A stretch of 43,808 bases of DNA from an uncultured Thermodesulfobacteriota bacterium (GTDB lineage Bacteria; Desulfobacterota; B13-G15; RBG-16-54-18), in assembly GCA_964459135.1 (NCBI GenBank), contig CAYWLI010000004.1, positions 2,436-46,243 on the forward strand, given 5' to 3'. Below the pieces are notes generated by a model. The model did no database searches, had not been told where the DNA came from, and saw only the letters and a program-made list of their open reading frames with translations. Shown here in pieces: positions 10,010 to 17,736 of the stretch. Each line of letters begins with the position of its first letter. Within the stretch, counting starts at the first letter, position 1. Position numbers and translations under genes: made by a program.

Positions 10010-10039
10010 TTGTGACCTCCTCTCTTTTGCTGGTAGAAT
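10010..10039 (+). promoter_or_regulatory. Sigma70-type promoter candidate (TTGTGA-N18-TAGAAT, with TG 1 nt upstream of the -10)
   Basis: Read directly from the sequence, 50 nt upstream of ATG 10090, in the divergent intergenic region. Confidence 0.35.
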
Positions 10040-10089
10040 GGGTGCACTATGCAAAGCACTAAAGGGCGGAGCACAGAAGGGGGGCGGAG

Positions 10090-10449
10090 ATGAAAAAGTA
10101 TGAATTCTTCCACGACTGGCTGGTTTCCTATCTTCAGGGGAGGCTGGCGAGGGATTACAAGGAGATCCAAGCAAACTATCGAGACGAGCAGCAGCACGAA
10201 TTCAACGGATACTATCCCGACCTCATCCTGGCCAATCAGGGTATGGTGCTCGCCATCATGGAGGTGGAAACGGAGGAAAGCATCACCCCGGAGCAGGCCG
10301 AGGGGTGGAAGGCGCTCGCTGGCCTGGGGGCCAAGCTCATTCTCATGGTGCCGAACCATACGAGACCCAAGGTGATGGATCTGGTATTGCAAAAAGGCTT
10401 AGCCGGCAAGGTGGGGGTGGGAAGCTATGAGATCACCATTAAGATGTGA
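10090..10449 (+). CDS. Hypothetical 119-aa soluble protein
   Basis: GGGGGCGGAG lies upstream of the ATG. No family recognised. YYPDLIL...LAIMEVETEE is loosely reminiscent of a PD-(D/E)xK core but has no clear Lys. Confidence 0.5.
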   Translation: MKKYEFFHDWLVSYLQGRLARDYKEIQANYRDEQQHEFNGYYPDLILANQGMVLAIMEVETEESITPEQAEGWKALAGLGAKLILMVPNHTRPKVMDLVLQKGLAGKVGVGSYEITIKM

Positions 10450-10536
10450 CGACCACCCAGGGAGCTCTTCTTTCTTTAGGGCCTTCCATCCGCACTCCAC
10501 ACCAGCTGTGTTCCCCTCATTGGATCGGACTCAAAC

Positions 10537-11835
10537 ATGAGATGCATCCTCGTTATCCTGGACGGCCTGGGGGATAGGGCCCACGCTGTCTTGAAAAATC
10601 GCACACCGCTCCAGGCGGCTCACACCCCGCACCTCGATCAGCTCGCAACTATGGGGATGAACGGCCTCTATCACCCCTGCCTGCAGGGCATCCCCGTATC
10701 CAGTGAAATCGCCCACTTTCTCATCTTCGGCTACGATATGGAGGAGTTTCCCGGGCGTGGGTATATCGAGGCAGTAGGGAGTAGCATTGAGATAGACGAC
10801 AAAGAGGTGGTCCTCCTCTGCCACGTGTGCAGTGTCATTGAAGAAGATAACAAGCTCATCCTGGTCAAGAAACGCCCAGCTATAACCGATTCAGAACTTG
10901 CCATTTTCTTGGAGGAGGTAGGCCCCTATACGGCTGATGATATCACTATACGATTTGTATCCACAAAGGGTGCTGACGGCTTCATAGTCATCTCAGGCGC
11001 GGCTTCCTCAGCTATTACTGACAGCAACCCCATCGCTGAAGGTCGCCCGCTGATCTCTGTACAACCCCTGGACGCCAGCCCTGAGGCGCACAAGACGGCC
11101 AGGGTACTGAATCGATATTTCCGATGGCTCTATCAGAGGCTTTCATCTCATCCCCTCAACGAAGACCGGAAGCAAAAACAGCTTCCCCCCATCAACATCC
11201 TGGCCACCCAGCGGGCCGGGAGGAAGCGACCTCTTGAGCCCTTTTTTGACAGATGGGGTCTCAGGGGCCTCTCCATTGCCGCTCATCCACTCTACTGGGG
11301 GCTCTGTCAGGAGATCGGGATGGAGAGTATAAAGGAAAAGGATAGCAGCGATCCAGAAAAGGATCTCAGGGAGCGGCTGCGGCAGGCCCATGAGGCTGAG
11401 GCATATGACTTCATCCACGTCCACACCAAGATGCCCGATGAGGCGGCCCATACCAAAGATCCCCTTCACAAAAAGGAGGTAATAGAGGCCCTGGATCGTG
11501 CCATGGCCTTTGCCGTCCAAACAATGGTGTCCGATCCCGAGACCTTGCTCGTGGTAACGGCGGACCATTCTACACCAAGCAGCGGGACGCTGATCCATTC
11601 CGGGGAGACCGTTCCCCTCGTCATGGTCGGGCGCAATCCGCGTCACGATACCGTGACAGCCTTTAATGAGGTCGACTGTGCCGGGGGTGGTTTAGGTGTC
11701 GTGAGGGGAAAAGAGATCATGTATCTTATCCTCAACTTTCTCGATCGTGCCAAGCTGAAGGGGCTCATGGATACCCCGGTGGATCAGCCCTATACCCCAG
11801 GACACTATCGACCCTTGACCCTCGATGGAGACTAG
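10537..11835 (+). CDS. Archaeal-type cofactor-independent phosphoglycerate mutase (ApgM) family metalloenzyme; some members have been proposed as alternative homoserine kinases
   Basis: 432 aa. The N-terminal ILVILDGLGDR...TPLQAAHTPHLDQLA and C-terminal VVTADHSTPS...HSGETVPLVM match the alkaline-phosphatase-superfamily ApgM pattern. Confidence 0.72.
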   Translation: MRCILVILDGLGDRAHAVLKNRTPLQAAHTPHLDQLATMGMNGLYHPCLQGIPVSSEIAHFLIFGYDMEEFPGRGYIEAVGSSIEIDDKEVVLLCHVCSVIEEDNKLILVKKRPAITDSELAIFLEEVGPYTADDITIRFVSTKGADGFIVISGAASSAITDSNPIAEGRPLISVQPLDASPEAHKTARVLNRYFRWLYQRLSSHPLNEDRKQKQLPPINILATQRAGRKRPLEPFFDRWGLRGLSIAAHPLYWGLCQEIGMESIKEKDSSDPEKDLRERLRQAHEAEAYDFIHVHTKMPDEAAHTKDPLHKKEVIEALDRAMAFAVQTMVSDPETLLVVTADHSTPSSGTLIHSGETVPLVMVGRNPRHDTVTAFNEVDCAGGGLGVVRGKEIMYLILNFLDRAKLKGLMDTPVDQPYTPGHYRPLTLDGD

Positions 11836-11844
11836 AGAGTAGCC

Positions 11845-12687
11845 GTGAACAAGGCAAAGCTTCGTTCTCTCCTGGGCAAAAAACCGGAACTCGTTATCTC
11901 CTTTCCGGACTGGCTCCTTCCCGCGGCAGTCATCGATGCGTTGAAAAAGGCGGAAGGCTTGGCCCTGGCAGAGATCGCGGGCAGGGATAGCGTTGCCGCG
12001 GTCCTGGCGGCTGTTGAGGAACACCCCATCAAAGGGGTGCTCCCTACCATCGCCTATACCGGAACTGAGTTCGGGGATTGGGATCGGGCTGTAGCAACAT
12101 CCCGTTTTGTGGCCGAATGTCTACGAGGGCACGGCATCACGGTCTTCGACCCGGTCTTCATCGGCTCCCCCCGATTCTGGTGGCTCCTCTGTGGGAGATA
12201 CATCTCTGCGCTCTTCAGCCGTTTCGGTTTTTACACCCCGTGTCTGGGATGTCACCTCTATCTGCACGCCCTGCGCATCCCCCTGGCCAGGCTCATTGGG
12301 GCCCCCTATATCATTGCCGGTGAGCGCGAACAACACGATGCCCGCATCAAAGTAAACCAGGTACCCTCTGCGCTGGATGCCTATACAACATTCGTGGGGA
12401 GATTTGAAGTTGGGCTCCTCTTGCCGCTGCGCAGCGTTCACTCCGGGGAAGAGATTGAGCGGATCGTCGGTCAGGAATGGAAAGAGGGAGGGGGGCAGCT
12501 TGAGTGCGTCCTGAGCACGAACTACCAGGATACGGATGGGTTTGTGGCCTATGACGAAGCTCTTATCCGGCGATTTTTTGAGGAGTTCGCCTTTCCCATA
12601 GCGGAAGGGGTGGTCCGCTCCTACCTCGAGGGAGAAAGTCCGGATTTTGAGACCCTTGCCAAGACTATTTCTCCACGGCTCTCGTAG
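11845..12687 (+). CDS. Hypothetical protein with a degenerate PP-loop-like segment (adenine-nucleotide alpha-hydrolase-like?)
   Basis: GTG start 9 nt after the ApgM-like stop. LAEIAGRDSVAAV resembles a degenerate SGGxDS PP-loop. There is a CLGCH motif at mid-protein. Family not recognised with confidence. Confidence 0.45.
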   Translation: MNKAKLRSLLGKKPELVISFPDWLLPAAVIDALKKAEGLALAEIAGRDSVAAVLAAVEEHPIKGVLPTIAYTGTEFGDWDRAVATSRFVAECLRGHGITVFDPVFIGSPRFWWLLCGRYISALFSRFGFYTPCLGCHLYLHALRIPLARLIGAPYIIAGEREQHDARIKVNQVPSALDAYTTFVGRFEVGLLLPLRSVHSGEEIERIVGQEWKEGGGQLECVLSTNYQDTDGFVAYDEALIRRFFEEFAFPIAEGVVRSYLEGESPDFETLAKTISPRLS

Positions 12688-12753
12688 CGTAAAAAAGCTT
12701 GCATCCCTGTATCTGAGAACCCTGCTGAATACAGCTAAGCCTTGCAACCCCTC

Positions 12754-12784
12754 GAAAAAAAACGCCAGGGTTTTTCCCTGACGT
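12754..12784 (-). terminator. Rho-independent terminator of the NSS transporter / MetS-like operon
   Basis: Minus strand: ACGTCAGGG-AAAAA-CCCTGGCGT (9-bp stem, one mismatch) followed by TTTTTTTT. Confidence 0.7.
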
Positions 12785-12810
12785 ACGGTTGGGAAACAGG
12801 GTGTTTATTA

Positions 12811-12837
12811 AGGAGGGCTTCTTGCCCCCCTTTTATT
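12811..12837 (+). terminator. Candidate intrinsic terminator for the plus-strand 10537..12687 genes
   Basis: AGGAGGGC-TTCTT-GCCCCCCT (one A/C mismatch) followed by TTTTATT. Confidence 0.4.
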
Positions 12838-12866
12838 ACCCGAACATATAGTGCACGGGAAATATC

Positions 12867-13007
12867 TTACCTTTTCCGCCTACCCGTGCCCTTCTGCTGT
12901 TTACCGGTCTTTGAAGTACCAGGCTTAATATGAACCAAGCTCCACACCAGGCCACCGTACAGCACCACACAGCCAAACGCCAACATAATCCATGCCCCTG
13001 TCGTCAT
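12867..13007 (-). CDS. MetS-like small subunit of an NSS transporter (46 aa, one TM helix plus a basic tail); absent from the ORF track
   Basis: Hand translation of the minus strand gives MTTGAWIMLAFGCVVLYGGLVWSLVHIKPGTSKTGKQQKGTGRRKR*. Its ATG (13007-13005) overlaps the TGA of the NSS transporter gene (ATGA). Its size, single TM helix and position match the small subunits found next to NSS transporters such as Corynebacterium MetPS. Confidence 0.55.
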   Translation of the reverse strand: MTTGAWIMLAFGCVVLYGGLVWSLVHIKPGTSKTGKQQKGTGRRKR

Positions 13008-14536
13008 CGCCGTTTACCCCCCTTTCCTCTTGCCTTTTGAGGCATCTTTGCTTGTGTTTTCCTTCTCCCCCTTGCTTTTTTCAGCATCAAGACAAAAGAG
13101 AGGATCACTATCGCAACGACTACAGCCCATCCCCCTGAGATACGAGCCCAGGTGGGATATCCACCATATGGCTTGGTAAATTCCTGGTAAAAGCTGAGGA
13201 CAATGGTGGCCCCCAATATGATGGGGGTGACGACCATGATCATGATGTCCCACCATACCCCCACCTTCACCTCGGAGACTGAGTTGATGAACTTCCTGAA
13301 GGACTTGGCGCCGAAGATATAGCCAATGACGATTACCTCTGCGAGCCCGATGGCAGCCAGACCGTAATTGTTTACCCAGCGGTCGACGATATCCAGCCAG
13401 TACAAGCCTGCCTGTGAGGAAAAGACCAGGAGGCCGATAATGAAGGCTATGAGACAGATCACAAACGTAACCCTCTGGCGATTGAAGCCCCACTTGTCCA
13501 TGACGGCTGTGACATCGGCCTCCACCAGGGAGAAGAGGGAGTCTACTGCCAGGGTCAAGAGCGTCAGGAAGAAGATGACCCCAAAGAAGGCGGCGGCGAC
13601 AGGCAGCTTGGAAATAGCCGTGGGTATGGTGACAAAGGCAAGCCCTGGACCGGCTCTGGCCACCTCAGAGATATCGACACCAGTGGTGTGCGCCAGGTAG
13701 CCGAGGGTGCTGAAAATGGCAAAACCGGCGAAGAAGCTCGTACCGCAGTTGGCAAAGCTGGTGATAAAGGCATTGTTGGTCACGTCGCTCCTCTTGGGCA
13801 GATAGCTGGCATAGACGATCATGATCCCCATGGCAAGGCTCAAGGAGAAGAATATCTGTCCATAGGCCGCCAGCCAGACGTGCGGATCGAGGAGCCTTGA
13901 GAAATCGGGGGTGAGGTAAAAATTGAGCCCCTCTGCCGCCCCCGGCAGGGTGATGCCTCTGATAACCAAAATGGCGATCAATATGATCGGGATAGGGACG
14001 GTCGCCATGACTACTTTGCCGACCCTACCGATACCCTTATGGATGATCCAGTAGACGACCACCCACGTGAGCAACAACCCAATCACTATCCCCATAACAG
14101 GGTTGCCAAGCTCCCCTGATCCCTTGGATAGCTGTAGCACGTTGGAATAGAAAAAATCCTTGGCATCTGCACCCCAGGCCAACGTAAAGGAGTGATAGAG
14201 GTAATTCCAGCACCATGCCATGATCACTGCGTAATAGGTGATGATCACGAAGGCGGCCAAGATGGACCACCAGCCGACCCACTCCAGCCCTTTCTTGATC
14301 CTCCCGAAGGCCACGGGTGGTCCAGCCTGCATCCTCACCCCCAGAGCGTACTCCAGCATCATCAGGGGGATGCCCGCGGTGAGGAGGGCCACAAAGTACG
14401 GGATGAGAAAGGCCCCACCCCCATTAGCGTAGGCGACGTATGGGAAACGCCAGATGTTTCCCAGGCCGACGGCAGACCCGATGGCCGCCAGCAAGAACTG
14501 TGGTCTCCCCCTCCAGTGCTCTCTCCGCTCAGCCAT
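13004..14536 (-). CDS. Sodium-dependent transporter, neurotransmitter:sodium symporter (NSS/SNF) family
   Basis: 510 aa. The N-terminal FLLAAIGSAVGLGNIWRFPY is the NSS hallmark, and about 12 hydrophobic segments are present. GGGAGGGG SD lies upstream. Confidence 0.92.
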   Translation of the reverse strand: MAERREHWRGRPQFLLAAIGSAVGLGNIWRFPYVAYANGGGAFLIPYFVALLTAGIPLMMLEYALGVRMQAGPPVAFGRIKKGLEWVGWWSILAAFVIITYYAVIMAWCWNYLYHSFTLAWGADAKDFFYSNVLQLSKGSGELGNPVMGIVIGLLLTWVVVYWIIHKGIGRVGKVVMATVPIPIILIAILVIRGITLPGAAEGLNFYLTPDFSRLLDPHVWLAAYGQIFFSLSLAMGIMIVYASYLPKRSDVTNNAFITSFANCGTSFFAGFAIFSTLGYLAHTTGVDISEVARAGPGLAFVTIPTAISKLPVAAAFFGVIFFLTLLTLAVDSLFSLVEADVTAVMDKWGFNRQRVTFVICLIAFIIGLLVFSSQAGLYWLDIVDRWVNNYGLAAIGLAEVIVIGYIFGAKSFRKFINSVSEVKVGVWWDIMIMVVTPIILGATIVLSFYQEFTKPYGGYPTWARISGGWAVVVAIVILSFVLMLKKARGRRKTQAKMPQKARGKGGKRR

Positions 14537-14588
14537 AAGTTCCCCTCCCTTCTGAAAAAGACGCTGAAAAAGATGGCATGCGTTACCT

Positions 14589-14615
14589 ATAATATGAGCA
14601 TTCCCCTCTTGTCAA
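14589..14615 (-). promoter_or_regulatory. Sigma70-type promoter candidate for the NSS transporter gene (TTGACA-N15-TATTAT)
   Basis: Minus strand: TTGACA (14615-14610), 15-nt spacer, TATTAT (14594-14589), about 50 nt upstream of ATG 14536. Confidence 0.4.
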
Positions 14616-14794
14616 CTATTAAGGAGATCATGATAAGCTCCCGAGACCACCGCATGACCTTCTCCTTTGCGAAAGAGAGATAAAGAGTGTATACACAAGG
14701 GGCTTTAAAAACCATTGAGGTAAGAGCTTGAGAGTCGGGACCGCTGTCATGGCCTTGGGGAAGCTACTATTTTCACAAAACTGCTACTTTCCCC

Positions 14795-14821
14795 TTGACA
14801 AATGTAGATCGATAGTATAAG
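14795..14821 (+). promoter_or_regulatory. Sigma70-type promoter candidate for the nuo operon (TTGACA-N15-TATAAG)
   Basis: TTGACA 14795-14800, 15-nt spacer, TATAAG 14816-14821, about 70 nt upstream of nuoA. Confidence 0.45.
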
Positions 14822-14888
14822 AGAACATGCGTTACGAACCACGCCTCAGGCGGGCTTCATCCTCAAATTTCAAGCGAAGAGGGGAGGA

Positions 14889-15248
14889 ATGATGCTCAAC
14901 ACATACATACCCGTCCTCTTTTTAATCGGACTTGCCGTTTTTTTTGCCGTTTTTGCGGTTGGAGTATCACGTTTCTTAGGTCCTCGCAGGGTTAATCCGG
15001 TCAAGGCCGCACCGTATGAATGCGGGATGATCACCCTCGGCCCTACGCATCAGGCCATCCCCATCAAGTACTATATTATCGCCATGCTCTTCCTCGTCTT
15101 CGACCTGGAGGTAGTCTTTCTCTACCCCTGGGCCGTGGTCTTCCGTAAACTCGGGATATTTGGTTTTATTGAGATGATGATCTTCGTCTTTATACTTTTA
15201 GTCGGTTTTATCTATGTCTGGAAAAAAGGAGCCCTCGAATGGGAATAG
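14889..15248 (+). CDS. nuoA: NADH-quinone oxidoreductase subunit A
   Basis: 119 aa with three hydrophobic segments, a PYECG motif, and first position in the nuo cluster. Purine-rich AGAGGGGAGG lies upstream; ATG 14892 is an equally possible start. Confidence 0.9.
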   Translation: MMLNTYIPVLFLIGLAVFFAVFAVGVSRFLGPRRVNPVKAAPYECGMITLGPTHQAIPIKYYIIAMLFLVFDLEVVFLYPWAVVFRKLGIFGFIEMMIFVFILLVGFIYVWKKGALEWE

Positions 15249-15754
15249 AGGTCAAGTTAGGTGACAATATCGTCACGGCCTCCCTCAGCAAGCTGGTCAA
15301 CTGGGCGCGCAAAAACTCCATCTGGCCGGTGACCTTCGGCCTGGCCTGCTGCGCCCTGGAGATGATAGTCACCAGTTCGGCGCATTATGACATCGCCCGG
15401 TTCGGCGCTGAGGTATTCAGACCTTCCCCCAGGCAGGCGGACCTCATGATCGTGTCGGGGACGGTCACCAAGAAGATGGCCCCCATGATCAAGAGGATCT
15501 ACGAGCAGATGCCCGAACCCAAATGGGTGATTGCCTATGGTGCCTGCGCCTGCTCCGGCGGGATTTTTCAGACCTACAATGTGGTGCAAGGGATAGACCA
15601 GTTTATTCCGGTGGATGTCTACGTGCCGGGGTGTCCCCCCAGGCCGGAGGCCCTCTTGACGGCCTTGATCAAACTACAAGAGAAGATTTCTCAGGAGAGC
15701 CTCCTGGACCGGAAGGATGAGATTCGCCCCCTGCGGGCTGAGGAGATTCGCTAG
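15239..15754 (+). CDS. nuoB: NADH-quinone oxidoreductase subunit B (N2 cluster subunit)
   Basis: The [17 protein letters not shown] and VPGCPP strings are the NuoB/PSST Cys motifs. The gene overlaps nuoA by 10 nt. Confidence 0.95.
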   Translation: MGIEVKLGDNIVTASLSKLVNWARKNSIWPVTFGLACCALEMIVTSSAHYDIARFGAEVFRPSPRQADLMIVSGTVTKKMAPMIKRIYEQMPEPKWVIAYGACACSGGIFQTYNVVQGIDQFIPVDVYVPGCPPRPEALLTALIKLQEKISQESLLDRKDEIRPLRAEEIR

Positions 15755-15769
15755 GAAGAAGATTCTATT

Positions 15770-17461
15770 ATGTGGGATACGAAGGTCGCCCCCCAGAAGC
15801 TGAAAAAACAATTCCCCGACGCGGTCATTGACACCCGTTCCTTTCGAGGGGAGGAGACCGTCGTAGTCAAGCATGACGCCATCCTCCCTATCTGCCAGTT
15901 CCTCGCCACAGATCCTGCGCTCTCCTTCGATTTTCTCACCGACATCTGCGGCGTCGATTATCCGGATCGTGAGAAGCGTTTTGAGGTAGTCTACCACCTT
16001 TATTCGATAAGACGGAAAACACGGCTGCGCCTCAAGACCGCAGTGGGCGAGGGGGAGGCCCTCTCCACGGTTGAGTCGGTCTGGAAGGCGGCCACGTGGT
16101 TTGAGCGTGAGGCCTACGATATGCTTGGCCTTACCTTTGAGGGGCACCATGACCTGCGTCGGATCTTGACCTGGGATGGGTACGAGGGGCATCCCCTGCG
16201 CAAGGACTTCCCGCTCAGGGGGGAGGATTTCGAGCACTACGAAGTACCGGCGGAGCCGTCCGATGCCTTCTCCACCATGCCTGAGGAGGTTGAGGGCGAG
16301 CGGTATATGACCCTCAACATGGGTCCCCAGCACCCGGCCACCCATGGGGTGTTGCGTCTGGTTCTGAAGCTTGATGGCGAGGTAATCGTCGACGCAGTCC
16401 CCTACATAGGGCACCTGCACCGGGGGGTGGAGAAGTTGGCCGAGGGGATGACCTATACCCAGGCCATTACCCTCACCGACCGTCTGGACTACACTGCCGG
16501 CATCTGCAATAACCTCTCCTATGTCCTGACTGTTGAAAAGCTCTTGGGTATCGAGGTCCCCAAGCGGGCCCAGTACATCCGGGTTATGATGGTCGAGCTC
16601 CAGCGCATCGCGGCGCACCTGTTGTGGCTCGGCACCCATGCCCTGGACATTGGGGCCATGACCGTCCTCTTTTATTGCTTGCGTGATCGGGAGACGATCA
16701 TCGACATCCTGGAACATTTCACCGGGGCCAGGTTGACCCCCAGCTTCCTACGCGTCGGGGGGCTGGCTGCTGATCTGCCCGAGGGTATCGAGCAGAAGAT
16801 TACGGCCTTTCTCGATGATTTTCCCCGGCTGATAAAAGAATATGAGACCCTCCTCACCAAGAACATCATCTGGTTGAAGCGGACCAAAGGGGTGGGGGTC
16901 ATCAGCCCTAAAGATGCCATCAATTGGGGTCTCACCGGTCCGGTCATCAGGGGATCGGGGGTTAAGTGGGACATCCGCAAGGCCATCCCCTATTCGAGCT
17001 ATGATGACTTTACATTTGAGATCCCCACCGGGGAGAACGGAGACGTCTACGACCGGTACCTCGTGCGGCTGGAGGAGATGCGGCAGTCCGCCCGGATTGT
17101 GCGTCAGGCCTTACAGAAACTTCCCAAGGGGAGGATACTCGCGCGTGATCCCCGGCTGACTCCACCGGCGAAGACGGAGGTGGGGCAGGAGATCCATGCC
17201 CTGATCCGCCACTTCAAGCTCTTTGCCGAGGGGGTATCGCCACCCCCCGGTGAGGTCTACTGCAGCATCGAGAATCCCAAGGGTGAACTGGGATGGTATC
17301 TGGTGAGCGATGGGAGCAACCGGCCCTATCGCTATCGGATCCACACCCCGAGCTTTGTAAACGTAGCGGCCCTGCCGGAGATGATTAAGGGGCACCTGGT
17401 GGCCGACGTGGTGGCTGTCATCGGAAGTATCGATATCGTCTTAGGGGAGATAGATAGGTAG
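15770..17461 (+). CDS. nuoCD: Fused NADH-quinone oxidoreductase subunits C and D
   Basis: 563 aa. The N-terminal third is NuoC-like (WFEREAYDMLGLTFEGHHDLRRIL). The rest is NuoD-like (MTLNMGPQHPATHGVLRL, HRGVEKL, C-terminal IDIVLGEIDR). Confidence 0.93.
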   Translation: MWDTKVAPQKLKKQFPDAVIDTRSFRGEETVVVKHDAILPICQFLATDPALSFDFLTDICGVDYPDREKRFEVVYHLYSIRRKTRLRLKTAVGEGEALSTVESVWKAATWFEREAYDMLGLTFEGHHDLRRILTWDGYEGHPLRKDFPLRGEDFEHYEVPAEPSDAFSTMPEEVEGERYMTLNMGPQHPATHGVLRLVLKLDGEVIVDAVPYIGHLHRGVEKLAEGMTYTQAITLTDRLDYTAGICNNLSYVLTVEKLLGIEVPKRAQYIRVMMVELQRIAAHLLWLGTHALDIGAMTVLFYCLRDRETIIDILEHFTGARLTPSFLRVGGLAADLPEGIEQKITAFLDDFPRLIKEYETLLTKNIIWLKRTKGVGVISPKDAINWGLTGPVIRGSGVKWDIRKAIPYSSYDDFTFEIPTGENGDVYDRYLVRLEEMRQSARIVRQALQKLPKGRILARDPRLTPPAKTEVGQEIHALIRHFKLFAEGVSPPPGEVYCSIENPKGELGWYLVSDGSNRPYRYRIHTPSFVNVAALPEMIKGHLVADVVAVIGSIDIVLGEIDR

Positions 17462-17473
17462 TAAATAAACTAC

Positions 17474-17492
17474 CTCGCAGCGCTGCTGCGAG
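17474..17492 (+). other. Perfect 8-bp GC-rich hairpin (CTCGCAGC-GCT-GCTGCGAG) 12 nt after the nuoCD stop
   Basis: Read directly from the sequence. It is followed by AUGUUUAG, which is only a 3-U tract, so it is not a classical terminator. It may be an RNA-stability or processing element or a partial attenuator. Confidence 0.5.
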
Positions 17493-17736
17493 ATGTTTAG
17501 GGGTCAAGGATGCAAGGGTTCAATCCCACCCAGCAATGTAAATTTAAGGAAGCGGGATGCCGCTGGCGGCAGGGTTCGAGTGAAAAGGATTCAAATGATC
17601 AGAGAATCACCGAGGGGATGTTTAGTGACCCTCTGGCCACTAGGACCCTCGACCCCTGGGACCCTATGCACAGCGACTCTTTTGGAGTTGAGCAGGAAAC
17701 TCCTAGATATTGTATGTTGAGGTAAGAGTGAAAGAC

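Noticed and set aside
9914-10174. N-terminal extensions proposed by the ORF track for the crotonase gene (to 10174), radA (to 9212), hemY (to 42022) and the OMP gene (to 3698)
   Set aside because: The extensions are compositionally odd (P/S/R/G-rich), lack an SD, and in three cases would overlap the upstream gene or the promoter region. Internal ATGs with an SD or an ATGA coupling give N-termini that match the families.
14628-14683. A 17-aa ORF (MISSRDHRMTFSFAKER) preceded by AAGGAG in the NSS/nuo intergenic region, and 7-12-aa ORFs in the other spacers (1250-1275, 29715-29742, 33603-33642)
   Set aside because: The SD-to-ATG spacing is too short (3 nt) or no SD is present. The peptides have no hydrophobic or conserved character. 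There is no supporting evidence.
14750-14765. Sigma54-like TGGCC-N..-AAGCT with GG-N10-GC spacing upstream of nuoA
   Set aside because: The -12 element lacks the conserved TTGC, and a good sigma70-type candidate lies immediately downstream. This is probably a chance match.
14772-14778. Rex-operator-like half-sites (TTCACAA at 14772-14778; TTGTCAA-N7-TTCACAA at 3761-3781; TTGTGA at 10010)
   Set aside because: These are either only half-sites or have the wrong spacing relative to the TTGTGAA-N4-TTCACAA consensus I recall. The inverted repeat near 3761-3781 is better explained as the purC terminator hairpin.
17500-17600. tRNA-like T-loop strings (GGGTTCAATCCC, GGGTTCGAGTG) in the nuoCD / GltD-like gap
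   Set aside because: The flanking bases do not form a T-stem, and no acceptor, D or anticodon arms can be drawn. There is no cloverleaf and it is not a tRNA or tmRNA.
17493-17725. Two overlapping ORFs of 75 and 71 aa in the nuo internal gap, considered as possible NuoE/NuoF remnants or small proteins
   Set aside because: Neither has an SD at a useful distance. The translations show no NuoE/NuoF Cys motifs or other recognisable features. The ORFs overlap each other in different frames.
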